Origin: Acidobacteriota bacterium
Lineage (GTDB): Bacteria > Acidobacteriota > Thermoanaerobaculia > UBA5066 > Gp7-AA6
DNA: 64,000 bases
Assembly (NCBI GenBank): GCA_050257975.1
Contig: JBLMXY010000058.1
Span: 10,274-74,273, forward strand
Reading direction: 5' to 3'
The position numbers were made by a program, and so were the translations under genes. The notes under the pieces are model-generated. The model did not search any database, was not told the origin of the DNA, and was given only the letters and a program-made list of their open reading frames with translations. Shown here piece by piece: positions 38,038-46,992 of this stretch. Numbering within the stretch: the stretch's first letter is position 1; the number at the start of each line of letters is the position of its first letter.

Positions 38038-38567
38038 TGCCACGCCGTCGGCGTCACGACCTCGACCCGGCCTCCCGAGGTCGTGCGGATCGTGATCTGG
38101 TTCATGCGCGTCGAGCCCACCGGCCCCTCCACCGTAATGACGGCCGGAGTCGGGTTCGTGAAGTTGGCCAGACGGCCGTCGCCCCCGAAAGTCACCGTCC
38201 CGCCGGGAGACGCGGGGGTCGCGACGAACTGGGCGGCCTTGCCGGGCAGCACCAGCTGCTGCGGGACCGGCGTGGGCGTCGGCGCCGGGGGGTTCGGCTC
38301 GATCGTCGTAAACTCGATCGGCGGAGTGACCGAGGCGATCACGACGCTGACCTGCTGATTCCGGCGCACCGCCTTCATGCGCGCGGCGAGAAGCGTCGTC
38401 TGGATCTCGCGCGCGGCGCTCTTGATCTGGTTGCGCTGATGGAGCTTGATGAACCACGGTGTGGCGATCAGCGCCATCATCGCCATCAAGGCGAGGACGA
38501 TCATCAACTCGACGAGGGAGAACCCTCGCCGTCCCGCGGATACACAAGTCCGGAGCATTGGGCACAA
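38034..38567 (-). CDS. fimT: GspH/FimT-family minor pilin (FimT/FimU-like), first gene of the minor-pilin operon
   Basis: Prepilin motif RRGFSLVELMIVLALMAMMALIATPWF followed by a GspH-like segment (QIKSAAREIQTTLLAARMKAVRRNQ). The start may be the second Met at 38558. Confidence 0.75.
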   Translation of the reverse strand: MCPMLRTCVSAGRRGFSLVELMIVLALMAMMALIATPWFIKLHQRNQIKSAAREIQTTLLAARMKAVRRNQQVSVVIASVTPPIEFTTIEPNPPAPTPTPVPQQLVLPGKAAQFVATPASPGGTVTFGGDGRLANFTNPTPAVITVEGPVGSTRMNQITIRTTSGGRVEVVTPTAWQ

Positions 38568-38788
38568 GACAGAGCGATTCCTGTGCCCGCGTGCACGATC
38601 GAGAGAAGCCCTTTGAAATCAGCGGGATTCGAAACGAGGATCGGTCTCGATGCCCGGTCTGACGCCGATTTCGTTACGTTCGGTAACGCACGCAGGATCG
38701 GATTTCGCCCGGCGGCCGAAGCGTTCTGGGCAGGATCCCGCGACCGGCAGCCGCGCGCCGAGGGCGCTACACTGTTCACAACATATCC

Positions 38789-41269
38789 ATGTGGAAGGCA
38801 CGAGGGATTCTCGCGGCGGAGACGCGCGCGCTGCTCGCCCGGCTCAAGGCGCGCGGCTGGAAAGGGGAAGGCGAGCGGGAGGACCTGCTCCGCCGCCTCG
38901 CGGAGGCCAAGGACCTCGAACCCGAGGACGTCGCGTGGATGGCGACCGAGACGGACCCGGCGGTGCGGCAGGCCGGCCTCGCCCTGCTCAAGCGCTTCCC
39001 CTACGAGCGATCGGCGGCGGCTCTCTTCCCGATGCTCGCGACGCGCTCGGAGGCGCTGCTGCGCGCGGCGATGCAGGCCCTGGAAGCGCTGGCCGGAGCG
39101 TCGTTTCCGGAAAAGATGCTCGGGTACCTCGAGCACCGCGATCCCGCGGTCGTCAACGCGGCGCTCGAGTACGCGCGCAAGAACCCTTCCGACCGCTACC
39201 TGCCCGGCATCGCCAGGGCCCTGCATTCTTCCTCGGCGCCGATCCGTCGCAAGGCCTTCGGCATCGTCGAGGGCGTCGCGTCGCCGCGGGCCGCGACGCT
39301 CGCCCTGCGCACGCTCGAGGACGATGACGAGGAGCTCCGCTTTCGGGCCATCCAGGTCATCGCGAAGTTCCCCGACGAGTCGCACATCGGCCCGCTGCTC
39401 AAGCGCTGCCGCAACGACACGGCCCGTATCCAGGAGGCGGCCCTGGGCGCGCTCACCCCGCTGCTCGCGCGCGCGGACGACCGGTTCAACCGGGAGGTCC
39501 TTCCGCTGCTTTCTGACAACAATCCGAAGGTGCGGCAGCTCGCGGTCAAGATCCTCCAACGCCAGTCCCCAGAGAAAGTCGCCGAAGGCTTCCTGCATGC
39601 CTTTCAGGGCTCCTTCGGAATCGTGCGCGAGCGCGGCATCGAGGCGCTCGGAGCATTCGGCCCGGAGTTCATCCGGGCCTTCCTCGCCCACGACCGGGAC
39701 CCGGACGAGGGAATCGCCGGCCTCGCCTCGGCGATCGCGGTGACCGTGCGCTCCCCCGAGGCCATCCCGCACTGCGTCCGTTACCTGAAGGGGGAGGACT
39801 TCTGGATGCGGGACCGCGCGGCGCAGGCGCTGGCCGAGATCCGCCAGCCGGCCACTCTGCCCCACCTGGTCGCGATGCTCGAGGATCCCGAGTCGAATCT
39901 CTCCGCGGCCAACGCGCTCGGCGTGTGGGGTGCCGGAGAGGCGCTGCCGCCGCTGCTGGCCGCGTACAAGAAGGGCGGCGCCGATCTGCGGCTCGAGATC
40001 CTGGACGCCTTCGCCCGCATCGCGGACCCCCGCGTGGGCCCTCTGCTCGACTCGATCGTGAAGGCGGATCCCGACCCGATCGTCCGCTCCAAGGCGGCGC
40101 GCCTTTCCGCGGCGAAGGCCGGCGGCGCGGCGGCGCTTTCCGCCGCCCCTCCGGCGGCCAGGGAGTTCGCGCCCGTCGATTTCAAGGCCAACCCGAAGCC
40201 CTCGCTCGCCGATCTGCTGCGGCACGCCCGGGCGACCGAGGCTTCGGACCTGCATCTGGCCACGGGAACCCTGCCGCACGTGCGGATCAACGGCGTCCTG
40301 ACGCCGCTGCCGATGCCGGAGGTGACGGCGGAGCAGATGCAGGGGTGGATCACGCCGATCCTCACGCCGGACCGGCGCAAGCGCCTGGAGGCGGAGCGGC
40401 AGCTCGACTTCTGCCACAAGGATCCGGAGCTCGGGCGGTTTCGAACGAACGTCTTCTTCCAGCGCAAGGGGGCCAACGCGGTCTTCCGCGTCATTCCGCT
40501 CGAGGTGCCGACCGTCGCCGAGATCGAGCTGCCCGAGAGCCTCTGGGACCTGACCAACTACTCCCAGGGCCTCGTGCTCGTGACGGGCTCCTCGGGCTGC
40601 GGCAAGACGACCACGCTGGCGGCGCTGATCGACCGGATCAACCAGAGCCGCCCCCTGCACATCCTGACCATCGAGGACCCGATCGAGTACGTCCACCGGG
40701 GAAAGGAGGCGCTCGTCAACCAGCGGGAGGTGCCGTCGCACACCCGCTCCTTCGCCCGGGCGCTGCGGCAGGCGCTTCGCGAAGACCCCGACGTCATTCT
40801 CGTGGGAGAAATGCGGGACCTCGAGACCATCTCGCTCGCCATCACGGCCTCCGAGACAGGGCACCTCGTCTTCGCGACGCTGCACACGACGACCGCCGCC
40901 ACGACCGTGGACCGGGTCATCAACTCCTTCCCTCCGGACCAGCAGGGACAGATCCGCATGATGATCGCCGACTCCCTCAGGGCGGTCGTCTCGCAGGTCC
41001 TGCTGCCCCGACGGGACGGCTCGGGGCGCGTGGCCGCCTTCGAAATCCTGCGCAACACCGCCAACGTCGCCGGACTGATCCGCGAGGGGAAGACCTTCCA
41101 GATCCCGACGGCGATCCAGACCGGGGTCTCGGCGGGGATGATCACGATGGACGGCGCCCTGCTCCAGCTCGTCCAGAACGGCGCGATCGATCCGAGAGTC
41201 GGCTTCGACCACGCGCAGCGCAAGGAGGCCTTCGAGGCGCTGCTCGAAGACTCGGGGAGCGCCGCGTGA
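38789..41269 (+). CDS. PilT-family hexameric ATPase fused to a ~475-aa N-terminal HEAT/armadillo-like repeat domain
   Basis: The C-terminal ~345 aa carries all PilT boxes: Walker A GSSGCGKTT, Asp box ILTIEDPIEYVH, Walker B DPDVILVGEMRD, His box TGHLVFATLHTT, and LIREGKTFQI. The N-terminus has recurrent HEAT-like units (DPAVRQAGLALL, SAPIRRKAFGIV, DEELRFRAIQVI, NPKVRQLAVKIL, DFWMRDRAAQALAEI, DPIVRSKAARL). Confidence 0.85.
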   Translation: MWKARGILAAETRALLARLKARGWKGEGEREDLLRRLAEAKDLEPEDVAWMATETDPAVRQAGLALLKRFPYERSAAALFPMLATRSEALLRAAMQALEALAGASFPEKMLGYLEHRDPAVVNAALEYARKNPSDRYLPGIARALHSSSAPIRRKAFGIVEGVASPRAATLALRTLEDDDEELRFRAIQVIAKFPDESHIGPLLKRCRNDTARIQEAALGALTPLLARADDRFNREVLPLLSDNNPKVRQLAVKILQRQSPEKVAEGFLHAFQGSFGIVRERGIEALGAFGPEFIRAFLAHDRDPDEGIAGLASAIAVTVRSPEAIPHCVRYLKGEDFWMRDRAAQALAEIRQPATLPHLVAMLEDPESNLSAANALGVWGAGEALPPLLAAYKKGGADLRLEILDAFARIADPRVGPLLDSIVKADPDPIVRSKAARLSAAKAGGAAALSAAPPAAREFAPVDFKANPKPSLADLLRHARATEASDLHLATGTLPHVRINGVLTPLPMPEVTAEQMQGWITPILTPDRRKRLEAERQLDFCHKDPELGRFRTNVFFQRKGANAVFRVIPLEVPTVAEIELPESLWDLTNYSQGLVLVTGSSGCGKTTTLAALIDRINQSRPLHILTIEDPIEYVHRGKEALVNQREVPSHTRSFARALRQALREDPDVILVGEMRDLETISLAITASETGHLVFATLHTTTAATTVDRVINSFPPDQQGQIRMMIADSLRAVVSQVLLPRRDGSGRVAAFEILRNTANVAGLIREGKTFQIPTAIQTGVSAGMITMDGALLQLVQNGAIDPRVGFDHAQRKEAFEALLEDSGSAA

Positions 41270-42399
41270 GCGGGTCCCAGGGCCGCCGCGCGCACCGCAT
41301 CGACCGGTTCCTGTCGATCCTGCCGACGTCCAACGGCTCCGACCTCCACCTGGCGGTGGGCTCCCCTCCCATCGTCCGGCTGGACGGCGAGCTCCAGCGC
41401 AGCCGCTTCCGCGCGCTGACCGAGGGGGACTTCGAGAACCTCGTCCGGCCGATCACGCCGGCGCCCCTGTGGGAGGCATACGCGGAGAGCGGCGACGTGG
41501 ACTTCGCCTACCAGATGGGCAGTGAAGGGCGCTTCCGCGTCAACCTGTTCCGGCAGGAGAAGGGCGGCGGCGCGGTCTTCCGCCTGATCCCCTCGCGCAT
41601 CCCCACCTGCGAAGAGCTGGGCCTGCCGGCGCCGATCTCCGCGCTCTACGCGGCCGAGCGGGGCCTGGTGCTCGTGACCGGCCCGACCGGAAGCGGCAAG
41701 TCCACGACACTCGCGGGCATCCTGGATCGGATCAACAAGCGCCTTCCGTACCACATCGTGACGATCGAGGACCCGATCGAGTTCGTCCACGCCAACGACC
41801 GGTCCCTCTTCACCCAGCGTGAGATCGGGCCCGACGTCCCGACGTTCGCCGAGGGAGTCCGCGCCGCGATTCGCGAAGATCCCGACTGCTTGCTGGTGGG
41901 CGAGATGCGCGACCTGGAGACGATGCGGATGGCGCTGACGGCGGCCGAAACGGGACTGCTCGTGTTCGCGACCCTCCACACGAACTCCGCCGCGAAGGCC
42001 GTCGATCGCATCATCGACGCCTTCCCCGCCGCCGAGCAGGAGCAGATCCGGACGGTCCTGGCGGAGGTCCTGCGCGCCGTCGTCGCGCAGCAGCTGCTCC
42101 GAAAGAAGGAGCGAGGGAGGACGGCGGCTTTCGAGATCCTGCTCGGCTCGACCGCGCTGTCCAACGCGATTCGCGAGGGCAAGACCGGAATGATCAACAA
42201 CCAGATCCAGACGGGGCGCGCCAAGGGGATGATCGCGATGGATCAGTCGCTCGCCGAGCTCCTGCGCGCCGGGACCGTCGCCCCGGAGGAGGCCCTCGAC
42301 TGCGCGTTCGACAAGGATTCCCTCAAGACGCTCATCGCGACCCTGCCGAAGGAGCCGCGGCGGGAGCCGGCGGCCGCGCCGAAGGAAGCCTCAGGATGA
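41266..42399 (+). CDS. pilT: twitching-motility ATPase PilT (canonical length)
   Basis: Part of ORF 39925..42399 from GTG 41266 (GTGA overlap with the upstream stop). Motifs SDLHLAVGSPPIVRLDG, GPTGSGKSTTLA, IVTIEDPIEFVH, DPDCLLVGEMRD, TGLLVFATLHTNSA, AIREGKTGMI. Confidence 0.92.
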   Translation: MSGSQGRRAHRIDRFLSILPTSNGSDLHLAVGSPPIVRLDGELQRSRFRALTEGDFENLVRPITPAPLWEAYAESGDVDFAYQMGSEGRFRVNLFRQEKGGGAVFRLIPSRIPTCEELGLPAPISALYAAERGLVLVTGPTGSGKSTTLAGILDRINKRLPYHIVTIEDPIEFVHANDRSLFTQREIGPDVPTFAEGVRAAIREDPDCLLVGEMRDLETMRMALTAAETGLLVFATLHTNSAAKAVDRIIDAFPAAEQEQIRTVLAEVLRAVVAQQLLRKKERGRTAAFEILLGSTALSNAIREGKTGMINNQIQTGRAKGMIAMDQSLAELLRAGTVAPEEALDCAFDKDSLKTLIATLPKEPRREPAAAPKEASG

Positions 42400-44161
42400 A
42401 GAAGGAGCCGCCGCCGGGGCGCGCCGACACCTCGACGGTGCCGCCGTGCAGGTCGGCGATCCGCCCCACGATGGCCAGTCCGAAGCCCGCGCCGTCGGGC
42501 TTGGTCGAGTAGAACGGCATGAAGATCTTCTCCCTCTGAGCCGGATCGACGCCGGCGCCCCGGTCCCCGACGGACAGCGCGAGCTCCTCCCCGCCGACCC
42601 GACCCTCGAGCACGATGGCCTCCCCGGCGGCCCGCTGCGCGACCGGAGTCGCCTGCACGGCGTTGCGCAGCAGGTTGACCAGCGCGCGGCGCAGAAGCAC
42701 CGCCGACCCGCGAACCTCCGGGAATTCGCCCCGGCGGGCGACCGGCACGCCGGGAAACGCCCCTTCGATCTCGCGCACGGCCGCGTCCACGACGCCCTCG
42801 AGCGGGACGGCCTCGGGCGAAAAGCCCTCCGGCCGCGCGAAGAGCAGGAAGTCGCTCGTCACCCGGCTCATCTCCTGCGCCTCGCGGCGGATCGCCTTCA
42901 GGTGCTCGACCGCGCGCTCCGGGTGCCGCAGCGCCAGGTCGGCATAGCCGTCGATCGCGGCGGCCGCGTTTCGAAATTCGTGGGCGGCGCCCGCGGAGAC
43001 TTCTCCCAGGTCGGCGAGATGGCGCGCGAGCGCCACGCGCGCCTCGAGCCGCCGCACCTCCGACAGGTCGGTGAAGAGGGCGAGCACGCCGAGGAAGCGT
43101 CCGTCGGCCCCCATCGCCGCCGTCGCCGTGACGCCGAGCACGCGCTCCTCGCCCTGCCGGACCCAGCGCGCCTCGCGCCGCTCGAGGGTCTCGCGCTCGC
43201 GCAGGGCCCGGGCCACCAGCTCCCGAAGCTCCGGGATGTCCGCCAGGAGCCTCTCGAACGGCTCTCCCCGCGCCTCGCGCGAGAGCGCGAGGATCTCCCG
43301 GCCGGCCTCGTTCAGCTCGACGACGGTCCCCTGCGGATCGAGCGACAGGAGACCGGTGGGAAGGTTTCGCGCGAGCGTGCGCGCGGCGGTCTCGAGATCG
43401 TCGGCTCGCTCCTTCTCGAGGCGTGCGAGGCGATGGAGCTCGCGCTCCTTCTCCGAGAGGGATGCGATCGTCGACTCGAACCGCGCGATCAGGAACTCGC
43501 GCTCGTCGCCGACGGCCTTCTCGCCGCCGGCCACCGCGCCCGCGGTCTCGAGCATCCGATCGTAGGGCGCGAGCAGCGACTTGAGGTACAGGCCCGCCAG
43601 CACGACGAGCGCCGCCCCGGCCACGGGCACGAGGATCGTCATCAAGAGGGCCAGCCAACGCAGCGTCGCGCCCGGGCCGGGCTCGAGCGCGAGCAGGTAG
43701 GTGCGCCTGCCGTCCGAGAGGGCGGCGAGCAGCAGCGCCGGCCGCCGCTTCCACTGGTAGGACACGCGGCCGGGGGGCGGCCTCTCGACCGAAAGGACGA
43801 GCGGCGCCTGGAAGCCGTGGCCCGAGCTCTGCACGCGGCGCCCCCGCTCGTCGTAGACGCCGACGAACACGACGTCCGGCTCGAGAACGGCGCGCTCGAT
43901 CGACTCCGCCGCGGCTTCGGGGGCCGGCGGGAGCGACAGGCGCCGCAGCAGCTCTCCCGCGCGCCGCTCGGTGACGAGCTCGCCCCAGGCCACCGCGTTG
44001 CGGAAGAAGAGGAGCGTGATGAAGTTGACGAAGAGGATCAGCAGCAGCGCGATCCAGAGGAAGAGCCGGGATTCGCGGCGGAAGGAGCGCGGGACCTGTC
44101 CTCCGTTGCCGGAGGAAGACTCCGCGCGATCCGGCTCGGCCGCGTTCTCTGGGCTGGGCAT
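42332..44161 (-). CDS. membrane sensor histidine kinase (2 TM + PAS-like + HisKA + HATPase; PilS/NtrB-like)
   Basis: ORF 42332..44779 trimmed to ATG 44161 (MPSPENAAEP...). TM helices LFLWIALLLILFVNFITLLFF and LALLMTILVPVAGAALVVLAGLYL. H-box EVSAGAAHEFRNAAAAI. N/G boxes LLRNAVQA, DRGAGVDP, GAGFGLAIV. Confidence 0.85.
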   Translation of the reverse strand: MPSPENAAEPDRAESSSGNGGQVPRSFRRESRLFLWIALLLILFVNFITLLFFRNAVAWGELVTERRAGELLRRLSLPPAPEAAAESIERAVLEPDVVFVGVYDERGRRVQSSGHGFQAPLVLSVERPPPGRVSYQWKRRPALLLAALSDGRRTYLLALEPGPGATLRWLALLMTILVPVAGAALVVLAGLYLKSLLAPYDRMLETAGAVAGGEKAVGDEREFLIARFESTIASLSEKERELHRLARLEKERADDLETAARTLARNLPTGLLSLDPQGTVVELNEAGREILALSREARGEPFERLLADIPELRELVARALRERETLERREARWVRQGEERVLGVTATAAMGADGRFLGVLALFTDLSEVRRLEARVALARHLADLGEVSAGAAHEFRNAAAAIDGYADLALRHPERAVEHLKAIRREAQEMSRVTSDFLLFARPEGFSPEAVPLEGVVDAAVREIEGAFPGVPVARRGEFPEVRGSAVLLRRALVNLLRNAVQATPVAQRAAGEAIVLEGRVGGEELALSVGDRGAGVDPAQREKIFMPFYSTKPDGAGFGLAIVGRIADLHGGTVEVSARPGGGSFFILRLPSARPPAPAAAPSAGSR

Positions 44162-44251
44162 GGCTCTCGATGGGTCCGTGCTACATTGTAAGAAGAGGTC
44201 AGGGTTACGCGACTCCCGAATCTGGCAGGCGGGGCGATCGCCGCGGTTCTC

Positions 44252-44797
44252 TTGCTGCCCGCCCGGGCGGCGTCGGGCCAGAGCCTGCCCGTGGCGGTGG
44301 GACAGGAGCACGAGCAGGCCGTCGCCGCGCTCAAGGCCAAAGGGATCGATTTCCACGAGGAAACGGCCGGCACGGGCAAGCGAATCACCTACGGCGCCGC
44401 GGGCGAGTCGGTGACGCTCGACTTCACGATGTGGCCCGGGGACTCGAACGCGCCGGCGTCCTCCTGGGAGTCCGCCGACACGTCCAACAAGCGGCTCCTG
44501 CTGACGCACATTCTCGACGTCGCCCCGGGATCCGAGGCCCGCCGCGACTGGGTGCGCACCTTCGAAAAGGAGGGCGGTCACTGGGCCTACCTCTCGGAGA
44601 AGGCGATGGCGCAGCGGCCCGCCGCACAGCGCGCGCGATACCCGGTCGTGGCGTTTCTCCAGTGGCCGGGCTCTTCCGGCTCCTTCCCCGTGACGTTTCT
44701 CTTCCAGGCCGCGCGGCCCGCCGGCACGCCTCCCGGAAAGGAGACGACCGCCCTCGAGGTCTTCCTCGAGAATCCGCACAAGCCGCGCCTGTTCTGA
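44252..44797 (+). CDS. hypothetical protein (possibly secreted)
   Basis: 181-aa ORF starting at TTG 44252. Protein-like composition (KAKGIDFHEETAGTGKRITYGAAGESVTLDFTMWPGD...). Upstream in-frame codons read ...AIAAVLL, suggesting a signal peptide truncated by the start-codon call. Confidence 0.45.
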   Translation: MLPARAASGQSLPVAVGQEHEQAVAALKAKGIDFHEETAGTGKRITYGAAGESVTLDFTMWPGDSNAPASSWESADTSNKRLLLTHILDVAPGSEARRDWVRTFEKEGGHWAYLSEKAMAQRPAAQRARYPVVAFLQWPGSSGSFPVTFLFQAARPAGTPPGKETTALEVFLENPHKPRLF

Positions 44798-44847
44798 TCA
44801 CGCCCCCCCCCGCCGGCCGCTCCTCCCGCAAGGCCGTCCCGGCCGCG

Positions 44848-46185
44848 ATGGTCGCCGCGGGACTCCTCTCCGCGGCGGCGGGCCCCGGAGGGCCCGGCCC
44901 GTCGATCCGGCCCGAGCGGCGGATGACCGTCGCCCTGACCGGCGACACGATCGTGACCCGCCCCCTCTCGGGTCACTCCGAGCCGGAGTACCTCGCGCTG
45001 CTCAACCTGCTGCGCGGCGCCGATGCGGCCTTCACGAACCTCGAAACTCTCTTCCACGACTTCGAGGGGCCCGCGACGGCCGCCATGCCCGCGCTGCGCT
45101 CGGACCCGAAGCTCGCGCGGGAGCTGGCCTGGGCGGGCTTCGATCTGGTCGCGCGCGCCAACAACCATGCCTGGGACTACGGGACCGCGGGATGGCGCGA
45201 GACGGGCCGCCACGTCGTCGGCGCCGGGCTCGTCGCCGCGGGAACCGGCGGGAGCCTCGCCGAGGCGCGCCGGGCCGGAATCTTCCGCGGTCCGGCGGGA
45301 AGCGTCGCGCTCGTCTCGGCCACCTCGACGTTTCCGGAGGACGCGCGAGCCGGAAACCCGCGCGGCCGGATTCCGGCGCGGCCGGGGGTCAATCCGCTGC
45401 GATTGGCGACCACCTACGTCGTGTCGCCGGGCCAGCTCGAGGCGCTGCGCGCGATGGCGCGCGATCTCGGCCAGAGACCGCCCGCCGAGGGGGACCGCCT
45501 GGACCTGGGAGGCCTGCGCTTTGCGGCCGGCGAGAAGCCCGGGGTCTCCGTCGTGGCCGACGCCCGAGACCTCGAAGCGATCGCCGCGGAGGTGCGCCGG
45601 GTCGGCGCGGTCGCGGATCACACGATCGTCTCGCTCCACTGCCACGAGGCCGCCGCCGGCGGCCGCGAGTCCGCGCCCGAGTTCTTCGTGGCGTTCGCCC
45701 ACGCGATGATCGACGCCGGCGCGGACGCCGTCGTGGGACACGGCCCCCACGTCCTGCGCGGCATCGAGCTGTATCGGGGACGCCCGATTCTCTACGGCCT
45801 CGGAAACTTTCTCTTCGAGTACGAGACGGTGAGCGAGCTGCCCGCCGACGATTACGAGAACGTGGATCTCCCCGCGACGGCGAAACCGGACGACTTCTTC
45901 GACCGGTACGATCAGGGCGGCGCGCGCGGCTACCCGGCCGACGCCGAGGTCTGGGAGTCCGCGGTCGCCCTCGCTCGCTGGAACGGGAAGCGGCTCGAGG
46001 CGCTGGAGCTCTACCCGATCTCGCTCGGCTTCGGCCTTCCCCGTCGCGAGCGCGGCCGGCCCGTTCTCGCGGGGCCGGACCTCTCCCGGAAGATCCTCGA
46101 GCGCCTGGCCCGCCTTTCGGAGCCCTTCGGAACGAAGATCCGGTTGGTCGAGGGGGTCGGAAGGATCGTCCTTCCGCCGGACTAG
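44848..46185 (+). CDS. CapA/PGA_cap-family metallophosphoesterase-like protein
   Basis: ORF 44170..46185 trimmed to ATG 44848. Motifs VALTGDTIVTRP, ADAAFTNLE, ARANNHAWDYG, ADAVVGHGPHVLRGIELYRGRPILYGLGNFLF. Confidence 0.8.
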   Translation: MVAAGLLSAAAGPGGPGPSIRPERRMTVALTGDTIVTRPLSGHSEPEYLALLNLLRGADAAFTNLETLFHDFEGPATAAMPALRSDPKLARELAWAGFDLVARANNHAWDYGTAGWRETGRHVVGAGLVAAGTGGSLAEARRAGIFRGPAGSVALVSATSTFPEDARAGNPRGRIPARPGVNPLRLATTYVVSPGQLEALRAMARDLGQRPPAEGDRLDLGGLRFAAGEKPGVSVVADARDLEAIAAEVRRVGAVADHTIVSLHCHEAAAGGRESAPEFFVAFAHAMIDAGADAVVGHGPHVLRGIELYRGRPILYGLGNFLFEYETVSELPADDYENVDLPATAKPDDFFDRYDQGGARGYPADAEVWESAVALARWNGKRLEALELYPISLGFGLPRRERGRPVLAGPDLSRKILERLARLSEPFGTKIRLVEGVGRIVLPPD

Positions 46186-46267
46186 GACCCGCGCCGACCG
46201 CGTTCCCGAGGCACGCGGCAGCGGCCGGGCTCGTTACCTCCCGCGGACGACCCTTCTCGCGAGGCGG

Positions 46268-46507
46268 TTATCTTCCGCTGACGTCGAGCGCCTCGGCCCG
46301 GAAGGCGATCGTGGCGTCGCAGCCGGCGCAGAGCACCTCCGGCCCGACCGACAGACGGTCCACCTCGAGGCGGAGCACCGCGAAGCAACGCGGGCACTCC
46401 ACTTCGACCATTCCCTCCCGTTCGAAGGGAAGCTTGTCGTCCGCCCCGCGGCGCGCCGAACGGCCGCGGGCAAAGGCGTCGAAGGAAACCACGTTGTCTC
46501 GGTTCAC
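46268..46507 (-). CDS. small zinc-ribbon-like protein (two CxxC pairs)
   Basis: 79 aa with GTG start, CPRC ... CAGC. GTGA overlap with the upstream small membrane-protein gene. Confidence 0.4.
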   Translation of the reverse strand: MNRDNVVSFDAFARGRSARRGADDKLPFEREGMVEVECPRCFAVLRLEVDRLSVGPEVLCAGCDATIAFRAEALDVSGR

Positions 46508-46809
46508 TGCTCCTCCTGTCGGTAGGGCCGGCCTTCGAAATCCTTCGTCGGATCGATCGGCTCGGCGAGTGAAAGCGAAGCCTTCCGCCTGCGCGTGCCG
46601 CGCACCGCGAGCACCGCGCCGCCGAGGAAGAGAACGCCTCCGGCGGCGAGCAAACTCGCCACCGCGGCGCGCAACGGCTTCGGAGCGGTCGAGAGGTCCC
46701 CTCCGGAGCCCACCAGCGTCCCGCCCAGAAAGATGAGCACCAGGGACACCAGCAGGGGGTTGCGCCGGCGGTCGCGGGCGGAGGACGGCTGGGACCAGAC
46801 GAGCTTCAC
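46504..46809 (-). CDS. small membrane protein (2 predicted TM helices)
   Basis: Last 101 codons of ORF 46504..48291 from GTG 46809: VKLVWSQPSSARDRRRNPLLVSLVLIFLGGTLVG...AAVASLLAAGGVLFLGGAVLAV... The rest of that track ORF is antisense to the M28 peptidase gene. Confidence 0.4.
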   Translation of the reverse strand: MKLVWSQPSSARDRRRNPLLVSLVLIFLGGTLVGSGGDLSTAPKPLRAAVASLLAAGGVLFLGGAVLAVRGTRRRKASLSLAEPIDPTKDFEGRPYRQEEQ

Positions 46810-46992
46810 TTCCGGAGCCCCCTGGGAACCAGGCCGGACGGCCCGAGAGGATCGCGAAGCGCCGCGTTCGGAGCGAACTCGTGCACGAAGCCCCCCTCCG
46901 AAACGTCTGGAGCCTGGCCCGCGCCGGCCCCCTGTCAACGCTCTGATTTTATTCGAGAAAGACCCGGCAGGCAATTGATTTATCCTCCGCCG

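Noticed and set aside
38573-38588. Sigma-54-type promoter match GGGCAC-AGGAA-TCGCT (GG-N10-GC) upstream of fimT on the minus strand
   Set aside because: It is attractive because an NtrC-type activator is adjacent. However, the predicted transcription start (~38562) would fall downstream of the first ATG (38567) and only 4 nt before the second (38558). An equally good match (TGGCAC-TACCT-GCGC, ~12016-12033) lies inside the GWxTD coding region, so chance occurrence is likely. It is worth testing only with transcription start site data.
38504-41212. 902-aa minus-strand ORF opposite the HEAT::PilT gene (and the similar 40558..41979, 39781..40557)
   Set aside because: It is antisense to a gene with complete PilT ATPase boxes. 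The composition is artefactual (R, G, D, L runs).
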